Both the position numbers and the translations under genes were made by a program. This document shows positions 1 through 12,543 of a stretch of DNA of 64,000 nt, one piece after another; positions within the stretch are counted from its first letter, which is position 1; each line of letters begins with the position of its first letter. The stretch spans positions 32,240,001-32,304,000 of the forward strand of contig OZ024760.1 of assembly GCA_964016885.1 (NCBI GenBank), read 5' to 3'. The notes below the pieces were generated by a model. That model did no database searches and was not told the DNA's origin. It worked only from the letters and a program-made list of their open reading frames with translations. The DNA comes from Eledone cirrhosa. Lineage: Eukaryota.

Positions 1-2262
1 GGTTTACTGGATACCTAGCACAGTGTAGGGTTTACTGGGTACCTAGGAAGGGCAGTGTAGGGATTACTGGATACCTAGCGCAGTGTAGGGTTTACTGGGT
101 ACCTAGGTAGGGTAGTGTAGGGTTTACTGGGTACCTAGCGCAGTGTAGGGTTTACTGGGTACCTAGGTAGGGTAGTGTAGGGTTTACTGGTACCTAGGTA
201 GGGCAGTGTAGGGTTTACTGGGTACCTAGGTAGAGTAGTGTAGGGTTTACTGGTACCTAGGTAGGGCAGTATAGGGATTACTGGATACCTAGCGCAGTGT
301 AGGGTTTACTGGGTACCTAGGTAGGGCAGTGTAGGGTTTACTGGATACCTAGCGCAGTGTAGGGTTTACTGGGTACCTAGGTAGGGCAGTGTAGGGTTTA
401 CTGGGTACCTAGGTAGGGCAGTGTAGGGTTTACTGGGTACTTAGGTAGGGTAGTGTAGGGTTTACTGGGTACCTAGCACAGTGTAGGGTTTACTGGGTAC
501 CTAGGTAGAGCAGTGTAGGGTTTACTGGTACATAGGTAGGGTAGTGTAGGGTTTACTGGGTACCTAGGTAGGGTAGTGTAGGGTTTACTGGGTACCTAGG
601 TAGAGCAGTGTAGGGTTTACTGGGTACCTAGGTAGGGTAGTGTAGGGTTTACTGGGTACCTAGGTAGAGCAGTGTAGGGTTTACTGGGTACCTAGATAGA
701 GCAGTGTAGGGTTTAGTGGGTACCTAGGTAGAGCAGTGTAGGGTTTACTGGTACCTAGGTAGGGCAGTGTAGGGTTTACTGGGTACCTAGGTAGAGCAGT
801 GTAGGGTTTACTGGGTACCTAGGTAGAGCAGTGTAGGGTTTACTGGGTACCTAGGTAGGGCAGTGTAGGGTTTACTAGTTACCTAGGTAAGGTAGTGTAG
901 GGTTTACTGGGTACCTAGGTAGGGCAGTGTAGGGTTTACTGGGTACCTAGGTAAGGTAGTGTAGGGTTTACTGGGTACCTAGGTAGAGCAGTGTAGGGTT
1001 TACTGGGTACCTAGGTAGGGCAGTGTAGGGTTTACTAGGTACCTAGGTAAGGTAGTGTAGGGTTTACTGGGTACCTAGGTAGAGCAGTGTAGGGTTTACT
1101 GGGTACCTAGGTAGGGTAGTGTAGGGTTTACTGGGTACCTAGGTAGGGTAGTGTAGGGTTTACTGGGTACCTAGGTAGGGCAGTGTAGGGTTTACTGGGT
1201 ACCTAGGTATGGCAGTGTAGGGTTTACTGGGTACCTAGGTAGAGCAGTGTAGGGTTTACTGGGTACCTAGGTAGGGCAGTGTAGGGTTTACTGGGTACCT
1301 AGGTAGGGCAGTGTAGGGTTTACTGGGTACCTAGGTAGGGCAGTGTAGGGTTTACTGGGTACCTAGGTAGAGCAGTGTAGGGTTTACTGGGTACCTAGGT
1401 AGGGCAGTGTAGGGTTTACTGGGTACCTAGGTAGAGCAGTGTAGGGTTTACTGGGTACCTAGGTAGGGCAGTGTAGGGTTTACTGGGTACCTAGGTAGAG
1501 CAGTGTAGGGTTTACTGGGTACCTAGGTAGGGTAGTGTAGGGTTTACTGGGTACCTAGGTAGGGCAGTGTAGGGTTTACTGGGTACCTAGGTAGGGCAGT
1601 GTTGTGTTTACTGGGTACCTAGGTAGGGCAGTGTAGGGTTTACTGGGTACCTAGGTAGAGCAGTGTAGGGTTTACTGGGTACCTAGGTAGGGCAGTGTAG
1701 GGTTTACTGGGTACCTAGGTAGGGCAGTGTAGGGTTTACTGGGTACCTAGGTAGAGCAGTGTAGGGTTTACTGGTTACCTAGGTAGGGCAGTGTAGGGTT
1801 TACTGGGTACCTAGGTAGGGCAGTGTAGGGTTTACTGGGTACCTATAGGGCAGTGTAGGGTTTACTGGGTACCTAGGTAGAGCAGTGTAGGGTTTACTGG
1901 GTACCTAGCGCAGTGTAGGGTTTACTGGGTACCTAGGTAGAGCAGTGTAGGGTTTACTGGGTACCTAGCGCAGTGTAGGGTTTACTGGGTACCTAGCACA
2001 GTGTAGGGTTTACTGGGTACCTAGGTAGGGCAGTGTAGGGTTTACTGGGTATCTAGGTAGGGCAGTGTAGGTTTACTGGGTACCTAGAGCAGTGTAGGTT
2101 TACTGGGTATCTAGCGCAGTGTAAGGTTTACTGGGTATCTAGGTAGGGCAGTGTAGGGTTTACTGGGTACCTAGGTAGGGCAGTGTAGGCTTTACTGGGT
2201 ACCTAGGTAGGGCAGTGTAGAGTTTACTGGGTACCTAGCGCAGTGTAGGGTTTACTGCGTAC
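1..2262. repeat. G-rich minisatellite, ~32-bp unit CAGTGTAGGGTTTACTGGGTACCTAGGTAGGG (28-bp variant ending CCTAGCG)
   Basis: Tandem units read directly from the sequence; runs off the left edge of the window. Confidence 0.97.
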
Positions 2263-2529
2263 CAACACACACACAACATTTGTAGGGTGTTGTGGAGAGA
2301 AGAGAGGTAGGTAGGTCAATCTAGGGTTTACTGGGATTAGAAGCAGGGTATCAAGTCATCCCTAGTTGTCTTGGGGCCCTCTTTCAGTCATCCCTGATCA
2401 TGGGTTTACCCTTGGAAAGTTCCTCTCGAAGGCCCCAACCACTGCAAAGTCACCCATCAATACCAGTCTCCCTCTCCATACCACTCATCTTGTCCAACGG
2501 AAAGGCTGATAGAGCTTGGCACCTGTCAA

Positions 2530-2706
2530 ATATATACACTATATATACTATATATACACTATATATACTATATGTACACTATATATACTTATATACACTA
2601 TATATACTATATATACACTATATATACTATATATACACTATATATACTATATATACACTATATATGCTATATATACACTATATACTATATGTACACTATA
2701 TATATT
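2530..2706. repeat. Compound TA microsatellite (TATATATACAC/TATATATAC)
   Basis: Directly visible; the same motif recurs at 4164-4329, 6889-7672 and 8790-9470. Confidence 0.95.
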
Positions 2707-2707
2707 A

Positions 2708-4163
2708 TGCGAGGACCAAAAACGTGAGGTGTTCAGGATTGCTAGTCAATGTGTCAAGGAAAACCGTGATATTGTCGGGGAGAAGTGTGTACTTAATGAT
2801 GACGGCGTACTTGCCATCACCGACGCTGATAAGAAGGTAGCTTGGAAGTGTCACTATGAAAGGCTACTAAATGAGGAGAATAAATGGGAGAAAGACAGTC
2901 TCCCCCACATCGACCCAATAGAGGGACCAGCAGTGTTGGTCGAGGGTAGTATAATAAGTAAGGCAATCAAGGATATGAAGAAGGGTAAGGCGGCTGGTCC
3001 TTCGGAAATAGTTGCTGAGATGCTGAAGGCATCTGGTACGGTGGGACACACCATGGTCACCCGGATAGTTAACCAAGTCGTACAGAATGGGGTTGTTCCA
3101 AAGGACTGGCATAGCAGCATCATCGTTAACTGTTATAAGGGTAAAGGAGATGCCCTAGATAGGAGTAACTATAGAGGCATTAAATTAATCGACCAGGTCA
3201 TGAAGGTCACGGAAAAAGTAATAGCGCAACTAATCAGAGAGAGAATTGACCTAGATGAAATGCAGTTCGGGTTTGTGTCAGGCAAAAGTACCACAGACGC
3301 TCTTTTCATTGTACGACAACTACAGGAGAAGTACCTAGCTAAAAGTAAACCCCTCTACTTAGCTTTTGTCGACTTGGAGAAAGCCTTTGACAGAGTCCCC
3401 CGTTCCATTATCTGGTGGGCCCTTAGAAAACTAGGTGTCGACGAATGGCTTGTGAGAGCTATACAAGCCATGTATAAAGAAACAGTCAGCAAGGTTAGAA
3501 TTAACAACGAATATAGTGAAGAGTTTAGCGTAAAAGTTGGCGTCCATCAGGGCTCTGTTCTCAGCCCCCTACTATTTATTATTGCCCTTCAGGCTATAAC
3601 AGAGGAGTTCAAGACCGGCTGCCCATGGGAACTCCTATATGCAGACGACCTAACACTCATAGCTGAATCAATGGCCGAGCTAGAGAAGAAATTCCAAACA
3701 TGGAAGCACGGCCTAGAATCAAAAGGCCTTAAAATTAATCTGGCTAAGACCAAAGTTCTAGTTTGTAGGAAAGAAAATAAGGCGGCGGTCCCTTCCGGGA
3801 AGTGGCCATGCTTAGTGTGTAGGAAAGGCGTAGGTAGAAACTCCATTTTGTGTCAGAAATGCAAAGTATGGGTGCATAAAAGATGTAGTGGGATCACAGG
3901 TAAGCTAACTAAGAACATAGATTCCACATGTGGCTGGTGCTCTGGTGCAATAAGTAGCAGCAAGTGCCCACGAAATACTAGCTCTTTCAACTGCGCAGAG
4001 GGCTCTATAGAAATAGTGGACAGCTTCCGTTACCTGGGTGACGAAATCAGCAGTGGGGGAGGGTGCTCTGAAAGTACAGTAGCTAGAGTCAGAACTGGAT
4101 GAGTCCAAACCCATGCAAGCGTGGAACACGGACGTTAAACGTTGATGATGATGATGATGATGA
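2708..4163 (+). mobile_element. RTE-clade LINE family A, 5'-truncated copy with internal 3' deletion and (GAT)n tail
   Basis: RT motifs NYRGIKL, QFGF, FVDLEKAFDRV, GVHQGSVLSPLLF, YADD; after ...GTCAGAACTGG it jumps to the terminal GTCCAAACCCATGCAAGCGTGGAACACGGACGTTAAACGTT(GAT)n. Confidence 0.93.
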
Positions 4164-4329
4164 TACACTATATATACTATATATACACTATATATACTAT
4201 ATGTACACTATATATACTATATATACACTATATATACTATATGTACACTATATATACTATATATACACTATATATACTATATGTACACTATATATACTAT
4301 ATATACACTATATATACTATATGTACACT

Positions 4330-6888
4330 GTCGGACAATATAGAGGGACAGTGGGAATTTCTGAAAGCAAACCTGCTGATGGCGACAGACGAAGTCTGTG
4401 GCTGGAGCAGGCCTGTAGGCAGGAGGAGAGTAACATGGTGGTGCAACAGTAAGGTGGAGGGGTCAATTAAGGCCAAAAAGCAGGCTTGTAAAGTATGGCG
4501 GGATGGGGGAAGTAGAGAAGACTATCAAGTGGCCAGGAGGGAAGCTAGGAGACAAGTGTACTTCGCAAGAAGGGAAGCAGAGGAAAGAAAGTTCAAGCAT
4601 GTTCTACAACGCGAGGACCAAAAATGTGAGGTGTTCAGGATTGCTAGGCAATGCGTCAAGGAAAACCGTGATATTGTCGGGGAGAAGTGTGTACTTAATG
4701 ATGACGGCGTACTTGCCATCACCGATGCTGATAAGAAGGTAGCTTGGAAGTGTCACTATGAAAGGCTACTAAATGAGGAGAATAAATGGGAGAAAGACAG
4801 TCTCCCCCACATCGACCCAATAGATGGACCAGCAGTGTTAGTCGAGGGTAGTATAATAAGTAAGGCAATCAAGGATATGAAGACGGGTAAGGTAGCTGGG
4901 CCTTCGGAAATAGTTGCTGAGATGCTGAAGGCATCTGGCACGGTGGGACACACCATGGTCACCCACATAGTTAACCAAGTCGTACAGAATGGGGTTGTTC
5001 CGAAGGACTGGCATAGCAGCATCATCGTTAACTGTTATAAGGGTAAAGGAGATGCCCTAGATAGGAGTAACTATAGAGGCATTAAATTAATCGACCAGGT
5101 CATGAAGGTCACGGAAAAAGTAATAGCGCAACTAATCAGAGAGAGAATTGACCTAGATGAAATGCAGTTCGGGTTTGTGTCAGGCAAAAGTACCACAGAC
5201 GCTCTTTTCATTGTACGACAACTACAGGAGAAGTACCTAGCTAAAGGTAAACCCCTCTACTTAGCTTTTGTCGACTTGGAGAAAGCCTTCGACAGAGTCC
5301 CCCGCTCCATTATCTGGTGGGCTCTTAGAAAACTAGGGGTTGATGAATGGCTTGTGAGAGCTATACAAGCCATGTATAAAGAAACAGTCAGCAAGGTTAG
5401 AATTAACAACGAATATAGTGAAGAGTTTAGCGTAAAAGTTGGCATCCATCAGGGCTCTGTTCTCGGCCCCCTACTATTTATTATTGCCCTTCAGGCTATA
5501 ACAGAGGAGTTCAAGACCGGCTGCCCATGGGAACTCCTATACGCAGACGACCTAACACTCATAGCTGAATCAATGGCCGAGCTAGAGAAGAAATTCCAAA
5601 CATGGAAGCACGGCCTAGAATCAAAAGGACTTAAAATTAACCTGGCTAAGACTAAAGTTCTAGTTTGTAGGAAAGAAAATAAGGCGGCGGTCCCTTCTGG
5701 GAAATGGCCATGCTCAGTGTGTAGGAAAGGCGGAGGTAGAAACTCCATTTTATGTCCCAAATGCAAAGTATGGGTGCATAAAAGATGTAGTGGGATCACA
5801 GGTAAGCTAACTAAGAACATAGATTTTACATGTGGCCGGTGCTCTGGTGCAATAAGTAGCAGCAAGTGCCCACTAAATACTAGCTCTTTCAATTGCGCAG
5901 AGGGTTCTATAGAAATAGTGGACAGCTTCCGTTACCTGAGCGATAAAATCAGCAGTGGGGGAGGGTGCTCTGAAAGTACAGTAGCTAGAGTCAGAACTGG
6001 TTGGAAAAAGTTCAGAGAGCTTATACCACTATTAGCTGCTAAAGGGTTCTCCCTAAAAATGAAAAGCAGGTTGTATGATGCCTGCATACGAACAGCAATG
6101 TTGCATGGCAGTGAGACCTGGGCATTGTGTGCAGAGGATATATGCAGACTAGAGAGGAACGAAGCTTGCATGCTCCGCTGGATGTGTAACAGTAATATAC
6201 GTGAACGGCAAAGCATAAACGAACTAAGGAAAAAATTAGAAATAAGAGGGATCAGATGTTGTTTACTCGAGAGAAGGCTACGTTGGTATGGACACATGAT
6301 GCGCATGAAAGTCGATAGCTGTATAACAAAGTGCAGGGCAATAAAGATAGACGGTAGCCACGGAATAGGCAGACCTAGAAAAACCTGGGACGAGCTGATA
6401 AACTCCGACCTCACACAGTTACACCTCTCCAAGACAATGTCACTGGACCGAGACCTTTGGCGGTACTCAGTAACAGAGAAGACCCGCCTTACCTAAATAC
6501 ATAGTAAAACCTACTACAGCCAGTAGGCATCTCTAACAAATACACCCCCGTCCCACCACCCCCACCCCATCCACACCACCTCGTTCTATGTAAAGTTATG
6601 TTGGTGCCGCGCCATCCAGGCCGAAACAAATGAGATTGTGTAGGTGTCACGACAAAAAAACACACAGTCCACGCTGTAATGTGGCCGTGTAGGCAACACG
6701 GTAAAAACCTCCCAGACCCACACTGTAAATGTGGTTGGTGTTAGGAAGGGCATCTAACTGTAGAAAACCTGCCAGACTGTCCTATGCGAGCAAGACAGTC
6801 ACTCTTGCCTCAAGTGGGAATACCCCCGTCCAAACCCATGCAAGCGTGGAACACGGACGTTAAACGTTGATGATGATGATGATGATGA
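4330..6888 (+). mobile_element. RTE-clade LINE family A, 5'-truncated; RT open to the stop at 6496, full 3' UTR and (GAT)n tail
   Basis: ORF 4142-6496 (real part starts ~4330) nearly identical to the 49743-52916 ORF; lacks the APE domain; GAT tail at ~6868-6888. Confidence 0.95.
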
Positions 6889-7672
6889 TACACTATATAT
6901 ACTATATATACACTATATATACTATATATACACTATATATACTATATATACACTATATATGCTATATATACACTATATATACTATATGTACACTATATAT
7001 ATTATATATACACTATATATACTATATATACACTATATATACTATATATACACTATATATGCTATATGTACACTATATATACTATATATACACTACATAT
7101 ACTATATGTACACTATATATACTATATATACACTATATATACTATATATACACTATATATGCTATATATACATTATATATACTATATATACACTATATAT
7201 ACACTATATATACTATATATACACTATATATACTATATATACACTACATATACTATATGTACACTATATATACTATATATACACTATATATACTATATAT
7301 ACACTATATATGCTATATATACATTATATATACTATATATACACTATATATACACTATATATACTATATATACACTATATATACACTATATATAGTGTAT
7401 ATATACCCTATATATACTATATATAGTGTATATATACACTATATATAGTATATATACACTATATATACTATATATACACTATATATACTATATATACACT
7501 ATATATACACTATATATACACTATATATATACTATATATACACTATATATACACTATATATACACTATATATACACTATGTATACTATATACACTATATA
7601 TATACACTATATATACACTATATACACACTATATATACACTATATACACACTATATACACACTATATATACA
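6889..7672. repeat. Compound TA/TACAC microsatellite
   Basis: Directly visible. Confidence 0.95.
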
Positions 7673-8040
7673 CTCCCACAGGAGCACTGAGTGCAATGTC
7701 AACTCTGGATGTCGGTGAGCATGTCCAGCTAACCTCAGTCTCCTCTGTGTCACTTTTGAGCTGACTTTTGGGAGGCTCCCATACAGCTCTGAGTTTTTCA
7801 TCCTCAGTGTATAGTTATTAATGTTCAGAGCCATCCTCAGCATTCTCGTGTAGCACCCATCCACAATCTGAGTGAGTTTCTTGGTCAGTGTCCAAGTCTC
7901 AGACCCGTACAGCAGCACAGACTCCACTGTAGCAACAAAGAAGATGCAGGACATGGCAGCAATGATGAGGGACAGAGATCGCTGGAGAGAACTCATCCAT
8001 GGATCTTGGGATCTTTACCTGCCCTAGATATATAGATAGA
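7673..8040 (+). mobile_element. RTE family B short copy with 5' inversion (7673-7943 inverted, 7944-8040 is the 3' end)
   Basis: 7673-7943 matches 54300-54570 in the same orientation (ESVLLYGSETW on minus); 7944-8040 is the reverse complement of 54130-54220. Confidence 0.85.
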
Positions 8041-8213
8041 TATATACACTATATATATATATGGTTTCTATGGCTGGATACCCTTCCTATCATCAACCAC
8101 ATTTACAGTGAGTTCTGAATGCTGTCATGACACCTACACAACCACTTTACAGAGTGGACAGGGTGCTTTTTGCTTGTAACACTAAAACTTACTCCGTACT
8201 TCTTTGTACTGTT

Positions 8214-8280
<67 letters not shown>

Positions 8281-8385
8281 TATATTCATGAAGGATAAAT
8301 ATATATCAAATATATAAAAACCCTAGAGCAAACCTCGAGCAACGCCGGGCCATTCTGCTTGTATATACGATGATATACTATGTAT

Positions 8386-8789
8386 ATCATCATCACCGTT
8401 TTACGTCCGTTCTTCCAAGTTAGCATGGGTTAGACGGGTTGTCCTGTTGTGGGCAGGGTCCAGTCGGCTGACCGTGCTTTCCTCATACAGGAACTGATTC
8501 TGGCTTGATTTCTACAGCTGGATGCCCTTCTTAACACCAACCTCATTTACAGTGAGTGCTGGGTGCTTTTTTTCTGTGGCGCCTACACGTCCACTTTACA
8601 GTGTGGGTTGGGTGATTTTTTGCCATTGCACCTCCATGACCACTTTACAGTCCCTATCATCTCATTTCTACAGCTGAGTAAACTGGAGCAATGTGAAATA
8701 AAGTGTCTGGCTCAAGGAAACAACACATCATCCGGTCTGAGAATTGAACTCACAACTTTTCGTGACTAACCACTAAGCCATGCGCCTTC
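8386..8789 (-). mobile_element. tRNA-derived SINE with RTE-A-like 3' tail
   Basis: Minus strand has A box TGGCTTAGTGG, B box GAGTTCAATTC, then GTTGGTGTTAAGAAGGGCATCCAGCTGTAGAAA...GGACGTAAAACGGTGATGATG, matching the RTE-A 3' UTR. Confidence 0.85.
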
Positions 8790-9470
8790 ACTATATATAC
8801 TATATATATATACTATATATACTATATACTATATATACTATATACTATATATACTATATATACTCTATATACTATGTATACTATATATATATACTATATA
8901 TACTATATATACTATATATATACTATGTATATTATATATATACTCTGTATACTATATATATATACTATATATACTATCTATATATACTATCTATGCTATA
9001 TATATATACTATATATATACTATTTATACTATATATATACTATATATACTATATATACTATATATACTATGTATAATATATATATACTATATATACTATA
9101 TACATACTATGTATACTATACATATATATATACTATATATATATACTATATATATACTATATATATACTATATATACTATATATATACTATGTATACTAT
9201 ATATATGCTATATATATAGTATATATAGTATGTATACTATATATATATACTATGTATATATATATATATACTATGTATACTATATATATACTATGTATAC
9301 TATATATATATAGTATGTATACGATATATATACTATATATACTATATATATACTATGTATACTATATATATACTGTGTATACTATATATATACTATATAT
9401 ATATACTATATATACTATATATATACTATATATAAACTATGTATGCTATATATATATACATACTATATAT
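8790..9470. repeat. Compound (TA)n/TATAC microsatellite
   Basis: Directly visible. Confidence 0.95.
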
Positions 9471-9650
9471 AATGTTGTCCTAGGTAGACATAGACCAAGA
9501 CAGTGTGGCCCCATTATCGCAACTCTCCTCTTTATTTCCTTTTCATCTTCTCTAATTCACTTCTTTTTATCTTCTTTTTCCTCTTCTTCTTCCACTTCCT
9601 TATTATTTCCTTCCTTTCCTTTTCCCAACACCCCCAACCTTCTTATAACT

Positions 9651-9707
<57 letters not shown>

Positions 9708-9727
9708 AATATACATATATATATATA

Positions 9728-10719
9728 CTAGCAGTAAAGCCCGGCGTTGCTCGGGGTCGCTCAGTAGCTGTGTTAAAGTTACAATGTTAAGTTTCTTTTT
9801 TGGCTTAAAAACTGTAGTGTCTACTGTGCAGACTTGCATGTGGTGTTTTTGATTAATATTCCCTCAACCAACAATATGCCTTATGAAGTTAAGAAAACAT
9901 AACGATAACCCGAATGTTATAACAAAAGAGGATGCTGGGGATAAAAACTGCACTGGTTATTTATTAACAAAGATCGAAAATGTAAACACTGCAATGCAGA
10001 GAAAACATTAGCGTAACCAAATTATCAGTTATGTCTGTCTGCACGCCTATATCACCTCTCTGCACGACTGTCTGTCTGCACGCCTATATCACCTCTCTGC
10101 ACGACTGCCTGTCTGCACGCCTATATCACCTCTCTGCACGACTGTCTGTCTGCACGCCTATATCACCTCTCTGCACGACTATCTGTCTGCACGCGTATAT
10201 CACCTCTCTGCACGACTATCTGTCTGCACGCGTATATCACCTCTCTGCACGACTGTCTGTCTGCACGCCTAACGACGAAATATTTGCTTGTTTTACGTAG
10301 TCTTTAAATAGACTTGTTTTCAAGTAAAAATATTGTTTTAAAATGCTTTTAAATGGAAATGAAGCAAAACGGAAGCTTAGTGTTCGAACTGATGAATTTT
10401 GCAGGTCAATATTTTGCTGGCTCGACAACTGTTAATGTCATTTTAAACGCTGAGAAAGCCAGCGTAATTTTTTACGTAAGACGCTCAATGTAAACAGAAC
10501 AAAGGGAAATAACTGATAACTTACGCTCAAAAATCGATACATTATATTCGATTTCGTCACATAGGGTGGGTCAATTTGAAATTTTTTTTTTCCGATGTCT
10601 TCGCTAGGGCTCAATGTACAAGTATAGCAATTTCGGTGCAATTCCGTGAGAGATTCTAAGAGGAGATGTGTGCCAAAAATCGATAGACAGACAGACAACC
10701 ACAGTTTTATATATATAGA
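9728..10719 (-). mobile_element. Non-autonomous Helitron
   Basis: Minus strand 5' TCTATATATATAAAA at 10719; 3' hairpin CCCGAGCAACGCCGGG followed by CTAG at 9728; inserted between A and T; internal 37-bp minisatellite. Confidence 0.85.
10032..10270. repeat. 37-bp minisatellite (TGTCTGTCTGCACGCCTATATCACCTCTCTGCACGAC), ~6.5 copies, inside the Helitron
   Basis: Directly visible. Confidence 0.93.
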
Positions 10720-10846
10720 TATATATATATATATATTAATAAATATACACGATATGATTGTGTATAGAAGATTATATTAATAAAAGGAATTCTAACTTTT
10801 TCTGATTAACTCGTTTTATTTGCAATCCTTTAAAATTATAATGATA

Positions 10847-11434
10847 CTAGTAGTGGTACCCGGCGTTGCACGGGATAAGGTATTTTGGAACGCGGGCCGC
10901 CAACAGACCTAATCGTAGAAAAACTGCATGCCAAGACAATATGAAAATAAAATAAACCGAATACTCTGATGGCTGGATAATCTTTAAGATTTTCCTTGAT
11001 GAAGCAGGAAAAATGCAGGTTTTCACCTAATGCGGGCCCTAGGGGATCAAGAAAATGAACTTTTTTTTATGTGCATAATATGCCTTTAAATTTCGGGAAA
11101 ATCAGCTAAACGTAACGACCCCAAAAAGCCCTAAGAAGCTGAAAAAAATGAAGTTTTTCACCTAATGCGGGCCCTAGGCCATAAAAAAAAGTTGGATTTT
11201 CTTTGCTCACGGTATGAAGAAGAGATTGACTAATACATAATTATAATTTCAAGGAAATCGTTCTGACGTAACGCCTAAAAAAACGCAGTTTTTCACCTAA
11301 TCCGGGCCCTAAGAGATCAAAAAGTTGAATGTTTTTATGTGCAATACACTCCCTGAAACATAAGTAATACACATGTAAAGTTTGAAAAAAATCGGTTGGG
11401 TACTTCTCGAGTTTTAGGGATTCAAACTCACAGA

Positions 11435-11466
<32 letters not shown>

Positions 11467-11770
11467 GATATCCTCAGGGAAGTGACGTAATGCAGACAGC
11501 CAGACATACAGACAGATATTATAAGGGCGCAACGATATATGTATGAATTAAAAAGAGAAAGACTAAGAATTATAGAGAGAGATCGCTAAATCGCCTAATG
11601 CGGTCCCTAGGGCATTGAAAATTCGAATTTCTTTTTGCTCAGAACACTCCCTGAAACATAAGTATTACATGTGTAAAGTTTGAAAACAGTCGGTTGGGTA
11701 TTTCTCGAGTTTTAGGGATTCAAACTCACACATACACAGACATCCTCAGTTTTATATATATATATATAGA
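10847..11770 (-). mobile_element. Non-autonomous Helitron
   Basis: 5' TCTATATATA...AAAACTGAGG at 11770; 3' hairpin CCCGTGCAACGCCGGG plus CTAG at 10847; internal partial duplications (CCTAATGCGGGCCCTA). Confidence 0.85.
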
Positions 11771-12543
11771 TTACTAGCAGTGGTACCCGGCGTTGCACGG
11801 GATAAGGTATTGTGAAATGTATAACCACCTTAGCTAAGCTTAGTATTGCCACAACCACGGCTGGCAAAGAAGTAAGGGTCTGGTGGTACGTAAGTAAGCA
11901 ACACTGTGGCTGAAAACGTGAGGAAGAAGTTGTGTGCACTTACCAACTGTTTGGGGAATGAGTGTGAGATTTGTCTTGAGCAAGGGTGGCATAATAACCG
12001 GAGGCAGCAGACAGACAGATATTATAAGGGCGCGTTCTGGACGCAGAGCGAATTGTAGGAAGTGACGTAATGCAGACAGCCAGACATACAAACAGACAGA
12101 TATTATAAGGGCGCGACGTTATATGTATCTAAAAAGAGAAAGACTAAGAATTATACAGCGTTCATTTCGGCGGCATAGAAATGATGAGGCAACTTCCGTA
12201 GCTCGAGCTGCATCAACCGAAACACAGCGTCAACTGCGGCAGCAAAGAACTGTGAGTCAACGACTGCTGTTTGAGCTGTATCAACCGAAACACAGCGTCA
12301 ACTGCGGCAGCAAAGACGTGAATCAACGTCTGCTGCACACGCTGGCGAATCCATGGAAAACTGGCTCAACCAACCAAAGGGGAACGTGCATTTCAATACC
12401 GTGCAGCTCAAAGTGGTCACAACGTTTACAGTCGAAAAGTATGGTGTTATGAATTTCAAAAAGGCAGTATGTCTACAATTTGGTAATTATTGAAAGCTGC
12501 GAGGTATTTGATTGTTAGAAGGCGGTTTGTGTCGCAGTGTTGA

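Noticed and set aside
1-2262. True telomere array
   Set aside because: No tandem TTAGGG; only a TAGGGTTT sub-motif inside a 32-bp unit
2400-2527. Possible minus-strand exon (tttgacag|GTGCCAAG...)
   Set aside because: All three frames stop within ~70 nt and no peptide is recognisable; cannot be supported
8306-8362. Mini-Helitron (hairpin CTCGAGCAACGCCGGG)
   Set aside because: Resembles a Helitron 3' end, but the terminus is CTTG rather than CTAG and the 5' end is unclear; at most a relic
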